From Camelus ferus (lineage: Eukaryota), in contig NC_045697.1 in assembly GCF_009834535.1 (NCBI RefSeq), positions 30,134,001 to 30,198,000 of the forward strand: 64,000 nucleotides of DNA, read 5' to 3'. Position numbers and translations under genes: made by a program. The notes under the pieces were generated by a model, which was not told the DNA's origin, searched no databases, and saw nothing but the letters and a program-made list of their open reading frames with translations. The first letter of the stretch is position 1. Each line of letters begins with the position of its first letter. Below are positions 41,500-54,265 of the stretch, one piece after another.

Positions 41500-42800
41500 C
41501 TGGCTCTCCCAACGCGACCCCGTTGCTCCAGACCCACATTCGAGGGATGTGGTTGCCGGGAGCACAGGCCGCTAGCCCGCTCCTCCCGCTTACGTGGAGT
41601 TTAAGCGTTTTTCTTTGCAGAAGAGTGTGACATGGAGGGGATGCGTTCTAACTTTAAGACTCACGCTTGGCAATAACCAGGCTCACACCCCTCTTGGCGC
41701 CCTCGCCTGGGTGCACCCGAGGTTGTATCTCCGCTGGGTAAAGAGCGCGCGCGCTCCGCCCAGGAAGCTCGATCCTAGCCCCGCGTCGCTGCTCCGCGCC
41801 CGGGCCCGGCCCTAAACCAGATCCGAGTATGGGGCAATTGCTCTTTGGGTCCTAATTTGCAGACAGTCTCCAGGTCCCATCGGGGAGGAGACCGACCGCG
41901 AACCTGGAGTGTGCTGGGAGCGCGGAGGAGCAGGGTTTATTTTGGCAGCTTTTGAGGAGGGCTCCTTGGTGAAGGTGTTGAACGTTGGGATTCAGTCGGT
42001 GCCTGGAGGCAATTCTTGTGCCCAGTGGAGCTTGGCGTGGGGAGTACGGTGTGCAGCTCAGGGGAGCTGGGTGTTGAAGAGGCGTGGGAGGTGACCCGGG
42101 GAGAAGCCGAGGAGCAAGGGGAGGATTCTGCTGAGAGGTGAGGGCTAGGGAAGTGTGAGGCCGCAGGGGGCGCCCGAGGGAACCGGCGAGGGGCCGGCCT
42201 ATACGCTGCCAGCGTAGGGCACTGCCTCGTGCTCTCCGCGGTCCCACAGCCCGCCCGGGGCCCGGTCTCTCCCCGCCCTGCGATCTCGGGCTCCCACCGG
42301 CCTCGACTACCCGCTTCCTCTGACCACGGCGCCATCCCTCTCCCAGGTGCCCGGCTGGACCCCGGCCTCTCTCCAGGCGCCCCCTGGTGCCTGGCCTCGC
42401 CGAGTCGGGGTGCCGTGCGCCTCCTTCTCTTTGTACCGGGAGACCTTTCAGCGCCGGACCGCATGGTCCGATGAACAAATGCGCTTGACTTCATTTTCCC
42501 CTTTGTAGGCCTTGTAGGTTTATTTTGTTCGGTGTCACTGTCCCTCTCTTCACCCCACCCCCCACCATCCCTGGCACATCGTGTCCGCCGGTCTTTTGTG
42601 GCCCGAGGTCCTGCTTCTGCTCCGAAGATGAAAGGAGTGCGGGGCTGGGCCAGGCCGGAGCCCCAGCCCCAGCGCCCTGTTTTGTTCCAGTTGTGCTTTC
42701 TACACGCGAGCTCTCCCCTAAAAGTTGTACCAAATGGTTAATTTAATTATTCCAACTATAGACCAACTGCTTCAGCAGCCTCCACCACGCGTCTGGGAGG
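41500..42800. promoter_or_regulatory. Upstream CpG island 2.3-3.6 kb 5' of PHOX2B
   Basis: Dense CpG, GC-rich, no recognisable repeat and no recognisable protein in its ORFs. Confidence 0.75.
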
Positions 42801-44033
42801 AAAAAAGAAACCATCTATAAGAAATAATCTAATAAAAGTGAAGTGTAGAAAAACCCCTCCTGATTTTCAACCGGCACAAATAGAATTAGAGCTTCAGCAT
42901 CCTTTTCCCAAACAGACCTTTTGTCCAGATCACAACTTCAGCCAACCAGCAATGTGTACAGGGCCCACTATTTATTTTAATAGAGGCGGTGGGTAGCGAG
43001 ATGGATTGATAGATAAATGGCCACATGGATAGATGGATGGTTTGATCCATCTTCCTCTGACTTCTCTTTCTTAATATGTGTACACGGCTGATTTTTTTTC
43101 CCTGCTGATTTTCTGAATCAATAATGGAGAGGCAATGCTATGTGGTAAAGGGGTGGGGGGAGGCCATTTAAAGCACAAAAAGGGGAAGAGACTACCAGCA
43201 TATATACCATGAGAAAAAAAGATGTTTACATGCTACCCTGTACCAAATAAAAAAGGTTGAAAGTTTAAAAGAAACTTTTCTTTCCTTTTCTTTGCCATTC
43301 ATAGGAGGGTTTTTTTTTTCTTCTTTTTTCCCTTGAAAGTCAGAAAGAATGTTAGAAGACAAGGAAACAAAACAGCAAACAAAATGCCATTGTATTGTAG
43401 TAGCAATTCATGGGAAAATGCTTGTCAGCCTCCTAATGCCTCACTCCTAGGAGGCTGTTTTACCACAGGCGAAGCACAATAACATGGGAATGAATAAAAT
43501 ATTAAATACCAGTGAGAGTTGCAGAGGAATTTTCTTTTTCATTGCTTTATTTGATGCTGCATCCGAATTATCCCAGCACAGCAAGACCACTGCCTGCCAA
43601 AGGCTCAACTCAGAACCAACAGTTCTCTCAACTAGAGAACTGAAAGACGAATTTGTCCTTAAGTTTCTCCAAAAAGATTTCTGCAGGCAGCAGTCTTTCG
43701 CACTCACCTGCACTTAAAAAAATAACCTAGATGGGATTTATTGAGACACTATTTCCCCAGAACATAAAGGAAGCCAGTCACAGCATCCCCAAGCATGAAG
43801 ATCCACTGATACAGACATTCTCCTAGCATTTTAGAATTTTTACCACATTTTCCATTTGCCTAGCAGCCATAATACACAGGTTTCATATTAGAAACTTTCT
43901 GTGTTTCTGGTAACTAAACTCCTGGCACTGTGAGACAATTATTAACCAATTGACAATAGTGTATGCAAAGTAATTAACACAGTGCTTGGCACCTGGAAAG
44001 AATCCAGTGAATTTTAGCCACCAGACCAGTGTT

Positions 44034-44073
44034 GTGATGATGATGATGATGATGGTGGTGGCGGTGGTGGTGG
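44034..44073 (+). repeat. (TGA)n(TGG)n compound microsatellite
   Basis: Direct reading. Confidence 0.9.
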
Positions 44074-45964
44074 TAGAGTCTCCTTGAATTGCCTGTTAAA
44101 TACTTGACTTCGGAATTTAGATGGTGCATGGACAGTGTCTTTTCTGTTGTATATTTATAATGCATGTGGAAGAGGGTGGACAAATCAGAGAGCATGCTCT
44201 AAAACAACAAATGGGATAAAATAAAGCAATCAGGCAGAAAACTTCCATCTTTTAAGAGTTCACCAGATGGCATGTATGTATATAAGTTAACTATGTGTTT
44301 TGTCTTACATTATGCACAGTACATACGCATGATTAAGGTGGTACTTTACTCTTGTATGTAAATATTGTATATTCAGGGTCTTTTCACTTTAAAAAGGTAC
44401 TTGCCCTGGGTTAGCTATGTGAGTTTGGGTTAGAGCTTTACTGCTACTCATAGAGCTAACTCACAGACGGTGTTTCTGTATTTGAATTAACTTTGGAGGC
44501 ACCCCATGTGTATCCTTTATATAGGTGATGGGGTACAGATCCCCAGGATCCATCCTTTTAAGGACATCATCATGGGAGAGCCCAGCTCTGCTCCTCTCCT
44601 CCCCCACTCCATGCCGTGAGTAGCAGAAGGAGCTGCCTGTTACCTTTTTTGCTGGAGTTTAGCTAATAGTAGTAACAGCTGCTGGGCTGGTGGTGGAGGA
44701 GACATGGGGTATTTGATCAGAGTCACAGATGTAAAAGTGACATCTGCTTGTAACAAAGAAAGGAGAAACAAAATTAAATTAGGCAAGGAGGCCTCTCTGA
44801 GCCAAAAAAAAACAAAAAACAAAAAACAAAAAACCCACTATTTGAAAAAGGAAGGAAAAAAATAATCATGCACCCTGACCAAGCTTGTAGGGTGAAGAAG
44901 AGGACTTGGGGAGAGGATCTGGATCTTCTGGAGTGGCAACATCCTAAGGTAGCAATATCCTGAGATCTTAAAAGCATCTTCTATGCTCCAAAGAAAAGAG
45001 TCAGGTAAGATTATCTTTCTCAGCTGAGCAATGCCTTGACCTGTGTAAGCATAGTATGGGTTGAGACATCATTTTCAGTTTGAAAACAGGAAGGAGGTAA
45101 GGCCAAAGCCTCTTGGGTTAATAACAACCCAGTATTATTTGGGCAGAAACAGATTTTCATTTCATAGCTATATTAAAACTCCTACTGTCAGCTACTAAGA
45201 ATGAGCCGCTTTTTACTGGGCTTAGAGGACTGTATTTGGCAGTTAGAACCTATGTGGTTCCTGAAATAGGGCTCAGTTGGGAGGGGGGTGGCATAGAGAG
45301 GCCATATGCTCAACACCCTCCCAACCTCTGTGCTAGCAAACTACAAGTGGTATGAAGGGCCATCCTTTTTTCCCTCTGTAATGACCTCTGAAATTTCTCC
45401 AAGTGGAACAGATTATGATAGCGTTATATAAACTAACTTCACAGTTATAACAGAAACCCCTGGACAAGATTCCATCAACTTTCTGCTTCCCGACCTATAA
45501 ACCCATCCTGCTTCTCTGCTGTTCCCACTGCTCGCAGGAGGGATGCCTATTCCCACTGCAGCCAGCCCCTCACAGTGCCTGGCCGAGGACCTTCCCCAGG
45601 TCTTCTCCCTGGATCCTCAAATCCTCATGCTCACCTGGACGTATCCTGTTGTCATCTAAACACGCTCAAGCTACTCTCCTACTAATAGCCAATCAGTTAA
45701 CACGGTGTTCTTCCTTGGCTGCACTCCCCACCACCACCACTTACCTCCCTTCTCCCCTTTACAGCCAAACGTCTTGGAGGAGTTGTCTCTTCTCACCGTC
45801 TTTATTTCTTTACTTCTCAACCACTCTGTGGCCTCTTCCAAAATGGCTTCCACCACCCTCGCACAAAATAAACATTTCTCGTTAAGATCACCATATCCAC
45901 TGGGGATTTTCCAGGCCTTAACTTCCTTGAATGTTTAGGTTGCTTAAGGCTGTTTAACAAATAT

Positions 45965-46255
45965 TTCCAGTTCTCCCCATCACTAGGCATGCAGGAGGAC
46001 TTCACTTCCCTATACCCTAGAAGTTAGATGTGGCCATGTGACTTTGGCTAATGAAAGGTGAATGGAAGTATAAAGTGTGATGTCCAGGTGGACTCGTTAA
46101 GAGTGGTTTCCAGTCTCTATCCTCCCCCTTTTGTCCTGTTTAATGGCAGCTGACAGAACCCCAGATGGTGGCTACTTAGTCAGCCTGAGTTCTAGGGTGA
46201 GGATGACATGGAGAAGAGGTCTCAGTAGACCCATAATGGACATATAGTTTCTCAG
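45965..46255 (+). mobile_element. MaLR LTR fragment (MLT1I-like) between L2 fragments
   Basis: CCCTAGAAGTTAGATGTGGCCATGTGACTTTGGCTAATGAAAGGTGA. Confidence 0.6.
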
Positions 46256-48898
46256 GAAATAGAAGGATTCTGGAAGAGGTGACATCCTCTATGCTGGGCA
46301 CTAAAGGGTGAGTAGGAGTGAGCAAAGAAAATGGTGGTGATGTGGGAAAGGAGGAGATTGTAGGTGAGGAATCAGTGAAAGTTGGACTCCAAAGCCAGAG
46401 AGAACATGGAGTGTTTGGGAAATCTACAAATAGTTTGGTTTAGTTTTCTGTTAGAACAGGAGGCGTGGGGGTGGGCAAACAAAGAAGGGTGTGATGAGAG
46501 AAGAGAGGCTAGACAGGAAGCAGGTCCCACAGGACTCGGGACACAGTGGAATGTGATTTGGGAGGGAAGGAATGAGGGATCAGGGAAGTCGAGAGATAAA
46601 TTAGGGGGCTGTGGCCCTACTGTAGGCAAGAAATGATGGATACATAAGCCAAGGGAAAAGCAATGTAGGACAAAGAGAATTAAAGGAATTCCAGGGAGGT
46701 TACAGAAGTAGAGTCTCGGGGCAGTCGGAGTACAGTATTCTGCCCAGTGCTGGGATTTCAGAGGGTCCAAGAGGATACTTCAGAACAAAAACTCTCCTAT
46801 ATATGCTGGCAAGATCTTCACTTCTGTAATGTGGGCCCAGAGATCCTCGGAAACACACTTACTTCTCTGGGTCTGGTAGCACATGATATCATCAACCCTT
46901 CATTCATACACTCATTCAACCCATATTTATCACATACCTGCTGTGTCCTAGAACTTCAGTGTAGAAGTGGTTCAGATGGTGTCTGGAAAGCTGACTTTGG
47001 AGATGGAGCAAACCCAAGGTCTGCAAGCTTCTGAGTGGAGATGAAGTCAATGGACCCAAGTCAGAGACCCCCATGGGGCAGCGTGGGGCAAAGTGTGGGC
47101 ACTGATTTTGCACAGTCCATCCTGGGATGTCACTGCTCAAGCTGGGGAAAGACCTTAGTTACCTCAAGGATTGGGATAAGAGTTTGTGTGGTTCTTTTAA
47201 GTCCTAACATTCTGTTAACTTATTTTTTTGGCCTGAAAACCTCCTCCTCATATATTTCTATGAAAGAACATAAGGGGCAGTGTGTTTAGAGGGAGATCAA
47301 AGGAGGTTGGGGAAACGTGGAGACCAGGAGAGAGGAGAGGGATTGTCCTCTGCTGCTCCACCCTTTACTTTAAGGGCTCAGGATTTTGTGTGCATTTCCC
47401 TCCTGAGTGTATTTTCAAATGAAGATGCCAAGAGCCAGGTATCACGGAGAAGCACTGATGGTGGAGTAACGGGCGTTCAGAAGTGAGGGTAGTGTTTGAG
47501 GTGGCGTCTTCCTACATCGCTCCTGTCACACCCGGTAGTCATCCGTATCCACCTACAAGGAAAGCCTGCCTAGTTCCTGGTAGTCAAGGGTTCTCTGTTG
47601 CCTCTGCCATACACAAAATTAATTCTTTAACAACTCGAGTCAGCCCAGGGAGCCAAATGGGAAATGTTTGAGGAGCACAGGAGTCATCCACTGCTCAGCC
47701 TTGAACTACATAGAAAAATGCTTGAGAATTCTAAAACTTCTAAAAAAGATTTTCCTTTCTGGGTTTTCAAAAGATCCTGTTGTTTTCATTTGTTTGTTTG
47801 TTTGTTTATATTGTTTTTGTTTTATTTAGGAAGTTTGCGGGTTTGCCAGTAATATGCTGCAGCATCATGCATTTTAATGTGAATTTCAGCTGATTCAGAA
47901 TTTAGAGGCAAATGTAATCCGGTACTCAGGGACAGGCACCACGTGTCCTAGACCTCAGGAGCCAGAAGACAATAAAATGGTTACAGTGATGCATGTTTGT
48001 AGTATTTCCCCAGTTAGATATAATGGAGAATATTAATTTTCTTTTTAAACACACAGCATTTCTTTGCTCTCTCTTTCCTTCTCATTTGTTTACTGGGGCA
48101 AGTTACACTGCAGCCCAGGGAATTATGAGCTGAGGGTTCTAATCACAAACTCACTGCTAGCTCTCCTGTTTATTCATAAACCTTCACCATTTGCGATTGG
48201 GCTTGAGGGAAAGGAGGAGGAAGAGAGGTTTTAGAGAAGAGGCAGGGAGGCTGCTAGGAGGGAAGTGGCACATAATAATGGACAAAACAGCACAGTGAGT
48301 CACACAAGAGACTACAGAGCAGAGGCCAACAGCTTTAACCCAAACCCCAGGGAAACCTCTTCAATGAACAGTGTTAACCGCTGAGAGGTGAGCCTCAAAG
48401 CACCAAACAGCCCCAAGGCGGGGCCAGAGAGTGCCCTTCCAGAGACTGAGCTGAGGCCAGATTCGGCTTCGGCTTCGTGGGCTCACCTTGGCCAGGCCCA
48501 CGTTCCTGGGGTGGCCATTGGGCATCAGTCTTCCCACCATCTGCTGAAACTCCCTGGTATCTGAGGGAGTCACTGATTCTGGCCCTTGCTTCTGTGCACC
48601 AAAAGGCGATGGCAAAAACCCTCCTAGGGAGGCCAGTGACTGCCCCTTGGGAGATGGGCAGGAGCACAGACTGCACCCAGCAGAGCAAACCCCGCAAAGT
48701 GGCCAGAGCTGGCCCTGGGGGCCCTTTTCCTATTTTCAGTGTTCATTACTTTTTTTCTTATTTCAAAGTACTTAAGATTTATAGAAAATGTTATGGCATG
48801 TATTCCTTAAAAAGAGATAAATTAACCTTTTAATATAACTTTTTTGTCTTTTTCTTCCACGTGTAAACAAATTTTTTAAAAAATATGAAGCATTCTCT

Positions 48899-49042
48899 GG
48901 GATAAAGCTATAGCTCAGTAGTAGAGCACAAACTTACCACGCATGAGGTCCTGGGTTCAATTCCCAGCACCTGCATAGAATAAACAAACAAACAAACCTA
49001 ATTACTCCCCCAAATAAAAACAAAAAAATTAATAAGAAAAAA
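48899..49042 (+). mobile_element. tRNA-derived SINE (camelid Vic-1-like) with TSD
   Basis: A box TAGCTCAGTAGTAGAGC, B box GGTTCAATTCC, AAACCTAATTACTCCCC, A tail; flanking GCATTCTCT repeat. Confidence 0.85.
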
Positions 49043-49059
49043 ATGGAACGCATTCTCTA

Positions 49060-49490
49060 CAGACTGCTTTGTAACCTCCTTGCCTCCCTAAATTATGTAT
49101 CATGAACATCTTCCAATTTCATGAAATATTCTTCTAACGTATTTTATGGCTGTGTGGTATTACATTGTGTAAGTCATAGTTTATTCAGTCAGCTCTGTTC
49201 TGTTGGACATGCAGTTGCTGCTAATCATTAAACTGTATTAAAAGCACTGCTCTGGACACCCTGTTCACTAAATCTCCATGCATATCCACACGGCTTGCTT
49301 CGAGTTAAACCCTAAAAGTGGAATTCCTTGATCAATGACTATATATTGTTAAAAAAAAAAAAAAAAAAGCTTTGGAGACATGTTGCAAAATTGCATTCCA
49401 GGAAGGTGGTACTGGTTTATACTTGCAGAGCAGAATATGATAGTATCTATTTTCAGATACTCGCCAGCATTGTGCAGTACCAGTAAAAAA
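49060..49490 (-). mobile_element. Ancient L1ME-like fragment
   Basis: TTTTATGGCTGTGTGGTATTACATTGTGT..CCTAAAAGTGGAATT..TTGCAAAATTGCATTCCAG. Confidence 0.65.
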
Positions 49491-50094
49491 GTTTTGCCCA
49501 CCCTCTTCTTACTGTGCTATTTTTGATGCAAAAGAGGAAAGCAGGGATAAGTAAATTTTAGGGATAACAGAAACCTATAAAAATAGAGTCAAAGTCCAGC
49601 TTTTATTTTAAAAATTAAAATCCAATGATGGCAAAGGGCCTTTTTCTTTTCTTTAGAACTAGATGATAAAAAAGGATACATTCACTACTTGGGACTGTTT
49701 TTTCTTTCTTTTTTTTTTTTTCATGTTGAGAAATGATAAAGAAAGCTGAATAAAACTCAAATTTTAATTCTGTCTTTTCTGTCTAAGAGAATGGAAAGGA
49801 CTAGCGTGAACATTAGTGACAGGGACCAGAGCCCCTTGAGGTTAGAGTGGTTGTGGAGGGTCCTGCCCACTTGAATGAGTTCTGCAGGATCTGTCCTGGG
49901 GGCCAGAGAGAACGCGCCAGTGACATCACCAAATGGTTGCTGGTGGTTTCTGTGGAACCACGAAGGATGAAAGAGCAGTGAAAAGACTGCTCTTCTGGCA
50001 AACCCACAACTTTTCAGAAAAGGAAGGAGTGTGGAGTCCAAAAACAGCAGACTGGTGAACTCAACAACAGTTTCAGGCAAAATTCTAGATTGGA

Positions 50095-51520
50095 TTTAAA
50101 AAGTATTATGAAAATTTCCCACATATGAAGGAGAGAGAACAATATAAAGAAAGCATCACAAACCGCTCATCCAGACACAACACTCACCCACTCGTGGCCA
50201 GCCTTGTTCCTCCATCCCTCCGCACCCCCAATCCCACCATTCTGACCCCCACAGTCTCCCTGACTTGGTGGCTGTGAGGCAAATCTAAGACACTGTATTA
50301 TTTCTTCCTTAAATCTTTTAGTCTTATACCTAAAAGATAAGGACATTTTTCCTAAAAATTCATAACCACAGTGCCACCATCACACCAAAAATATTAACTA
50401 TAAATTTCTTAATATCTTCAAATATCTAGTCTTCCATTTTCCCTAATTGTCTCACAGAAGCTTTTTTTTTTTTTAAGTTGGTTTGTTTGAATGAGAATAA
50501 AAAAAAAATTCCACACATTGCATTTGGTTTTCATGTCTCTATATTTGCTCTTGATCTACAGGTCCCTCCCTCCCTTTCTCCTTGCAATTTATTTTAGAGG
50601 AGCACGGCTTATATGTACTATAGAATTATCTACATTCTGGATTTGGTTGATAGCCTCCCGTGGTGATGTTTAATCCTAACCTTTATTATTTCCTGGAAAC
50701 TGGGAGTTGAATTTAGAGGCTTCATCAAATTCAGGTTTGAATCCTTTTTTAGCAAGGATACTTCCTGTTGCACCATATCCTTGCCTCTCTTTTTATGATG
50801 TCAAGTTTGATGTGTGGGGTTGGGGTATTATCAGCTGGAACCGTTTATATGAAGTTCCCCAAGAGCTTTTTATCAAATGATTTTAGCAGCCATTGATTAG
50901 CATTTCCTAGATTACATGAGTTTATTCATTTAGGGGGTGCAAATGGTAATAACCTAATTATATTATTTTTTATTAATTTGTTAGCTAGAATATTTCTATA
51001 AAGAGAAAAAAAGCCTTCCTTTACCAATTATTGAGCACATTAGGTATGGTAAGGTACCGCAAGTTAAGGAAAATGCTGAATTCTTTCCCTTTATTCACCA
51101 GTTTTCAGAATAGCAAGTTTGTTCCCTGGTGTCCTTCAAAGACCATCAGTGGGGTTTTTTGTGTGTTTTGTTTTGTTTTATGGGTTTTTTAAAAAACATT
51201 TTTTTGTTTTGTTTTGCAGCATTATGGACTCATGGGTCTAAATATACTTTATATATTTTCTTTTTATTGCAGTATTTATTCTTATTTACGCTCAAATTAT
51301 TCAAACCTTGACCAATGGATGCCTCTTCAGTTTGGCTTCTCCGTTCTTTTGACAGGACCCTAATTGTCTTTGAGAGCTTCCTTGTAGCTGGTACGACAAG
51401 ATGTCCCAGGCTCATCTTTTACACTTTTTGCCCAGACCTGGTATCAACTATTTCTTCAAGAATCCCTGGTCCTTATTAGTGGGAATTGGTATTTAGAGAC
51501 CACATTGCAGGTCCTAGATT
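50095..51520 (-). mobile_element. L1MC/L1MD-type 3'UTR fossil
   Basis: CCTAAAAGATAAGGACATT..CATAACCACAGTGCCACCATCACACC..CAAGATGTCCCAGGCTCATCTT..GGTATTTAGAGACCAC. Confidence 0.7.
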
Positions 51521-51844
51521 GGATTTTGGCTTGAATGATTTATGAGTATTTTGGAAAGGAAGCAATGGTCACCAGGCACCAGGGTCTAGTTAAATTAAAG
51601 TCATCGTACATTTATTAAATAAGACATGGCTCATTCTAGATGAACGAGAGGAGAACAGGCATGCACAAACAACTGGGATGTGATACTATGCATGAAGAGC
51701 TTTGGAGAAATAATTATGCCTGGAGTTAAGGAATAAGCTCCAGCAAGAAGGTGACATGTGAGCAATAGAACTAGCAGGCAGGTGAGGCAGAATGGAAGAT
51801 CAGGGCAGAGAAAAGAACATGAGCAAAGCCTTGGAATCATCAAA

Positions 51845-52270
51845 GTGCATCAGACTTGCTTCATTTCCTCTGACAGGAGTAGTGGATATAGAGAGCAACC
51901 AACTGCAGTCGGCGTAATGTATCTGGACTTCAGCAGGGCATTTGTCCAGGTCTGTCATGATATTATTGTTGACAAGATGGAGAAATATGGACTAAATGAT
52001 AGGACTATTAGATGAATTAACAACAGTTAGGTGAATAAATGAACCCAAAAAATGCTGATTAGTAGACTGACATCATTACAGAGGATGGTCTCTAGTGGAG
52101 TGACATAGGGCTCTGTCTAGTTCAACATCTTTATCATCGATTTAGATAAAAGTATAGAAAAAAATACTTAATGAATCTGCAGATTATATGAAAGCTCAGT
52201 GGGATAATGAGTAGCCTTAGTGACAGAGTCTAGATTCAAAAAGATCTTAAGTTGGACCTGTTGAGATAAA
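51845..52270 (+). mobile_element. CR1/L3 LINE reverse-transcriptase fossil
   Basis: Peptide AVGVMYLDFSRAFVQVCHDIIVDKMEKYGL matches CR1 RT VDVIYLDFSKAFDxVxH; downstream TCTAGTGGAGTGACATAGGGCTCTGT (SGVPQGS) and GCAGATTAT (ADD) remnants. Confidence 0.85.
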
Positions 52271-53125
52271 ATATCTAGGGCTGAATCTAAATTTCCACAG
52301 CTGAATAAAAAAAAAAAAAAAACAGGCACACACACTCATGCAACTGCCTTGAAGTGTGGTTAGTAGAGCATAAATGAAGAAGATTTACAAGTTGGGATCT
52401 GCATAACGTATTATCAGTGTGCATGGTTGCCAGTAGGGTGCACAGAATGTGGTGGCGGTGCTTGTCAACAGTCCAGCTCCCTCTTGGAGAATACTATGAA
52501 AGAGCAGTTGGCAAGCTGGGGTAGCTTATAAGAGGGTGTCCTGATTGGCCATATAGAATTTTAAAAATTATAACGAAGAGTCATAAACCTGGAATCGCGG
52601 AATTCACAGGGGCTACAAAGCTACAATAGCTGTAGAGGTGCACGTCGAAGCCTTTTGCGATATTACCCTAAGGCAAAATAAGCGTACAAGGGGAGCCACC
52701 GGCGAGAAGTTAGAGGGAAACAGATTTCTGTTCTGTGGAAACACACTGTAACAGAGCTTCCCAGAGGCAGGTAGGCTGCCCAACAAATCAAAACTACCTT
52801 TATAAAGACAGTCAGCGAGAAAGGAAGTTGTTGAGGAAAGTTGAGCATCTTAAGAAAGAATTAAGTTCTCTTCTGTATCAGAGAGCCCATGACCCCTGTT
52901 CTCCTTAGCAGCCTCCCTTTCAAGCTCCCAAATGTGCATGCTACTCACGTGGGTGCTTAGAGGCCACCCTGAAATGTTCTTCATTCACACAATGCTCCAC
53001 CGTTTGCTCTTTTCATTTCATCCTCCTCCAGCGCACCCCTGTTCACGTTGCCATACTGCACAAGAACTCAGGAGAGACGGATTCTAGTTTTTGTTCTTCT
53101 AATGCTAATTCTAGGACCTCAGGCA

Positions 53126-53550
53126 TGGTAGGTTAAAGATGGCCAAAAAGTCTTTGATGTTCTTTCCACTGAAAGATGGAGTCTGACTTCCCTCCTCTTG
53201 AATTTGGCCTGGTCTCAGTGACCTGCTTAACCAATAGAATGTGGTGGAAGCCGTGGGTCTTCCGAGGCTAAGTCACAGGAAGCCTTGTTGTTGTCACTCC
53301 AACTTCTCGGAATGCTCACTCTGTGCGGAAACCCCAGTAGCCAGTGGGGAAGACAAGAGAGGGAGAGAGAGGTGCCCAGCAAGCCCCAGGGACTGCAGCC
53401 CTTTGATGCTGGAGACATCACGTGAGGCAGAGGCGTCATCCCTCCAGCCTAGACCAAATTTCATATTCAAGAGAAAAGTGAATGACTGTTGTATTTTCAG
53501 ACACTACATTTTGGGGTGGTTTATAGCACAGCAATCGCAAACCAGAATAT
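53126..53550 (+). mobile_element. MaLR LTR (MLT1F/G/H-like)
   Basis: TGGTAGGTTAAAGATGGCC..; end TTTTGGGGTGGTTTATAGCACAGCAATCGCAAACCAGAATA. Confidence 0.75.
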
Positions 53551-53649
53551 TCGGTAAGTCATCCCAGCTCTTTGGGAATCAATTTTCAACACATAAATGA
53601 GGTGAAAGGACCTAATACTGTCTAAGGTCTTCTTCCACTGTGACACTCC

Positions 53650-54265
53650 ACAGCCAGCACTTGTGGCCTCAAGATTCCTTTACACTCTTTTTTTTTTTTT
53701 TCAGGAACCTCTTATTTACTTATTTTTTCTTCTAGTTTTATTAAGATATAATTAATATACCCTCTTACACTCTTTAAATTTATTGAGGATCCCAAGGAAC
53801 TTTTATTATATGGGTTGTATCTATTGATATTTGCCCTACTAGAAATCAAAACTGGGAAAAGTGCATAATATTTGCTTATTATTTTATGCAAAAATAATAA
53901 AAATCCATTAAATGTTAACACAAAATACTTCTGATGAAAATAACATTTTCCAAAACAAAACAAAAAAATATTAAGAGTGGCACTGCTTAATATTTGTGCA
54001 AATTTCTTTAAGACCCGGCTTGTTAGAAGATAAACCTGTTTCTCATATCTGCTTCTTCCCTCAGATGTTGCAATATCACATGTTATGTAACCTCTAGAAA
54101 ACTTCACTGTAGACTTGAGAGAGAATGAATGTGATGAGGTAAACAATGTATCAGTATTTCTACAAGAATAGTTTTGGCCTCCCAGACCGCCCTGCCCACC
54201 TACCACCGAGTGAACACTGGGGATCTCAAGGGGTCCCTAGACCAAACTTTGAGAAATACTGCTCT
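53650..54265. mobile_element. hAT-Charlie-family fossil with a short nested poly(T) insertion
   Basis: Terminal GGGTCCCTAGACCAAACTTTGAGAAATACTG; internal repeat TTACACTCTTT flanks a ~70 bp T-rich insert. Confidence 0.65.

Noticed and set aside
41852..42494. 208 aa and 185 aa minus-strand ORFs
   Set aside because: Stop-poor CpG-island DNA; Arg/Pro/Gly-rich with no family similarity
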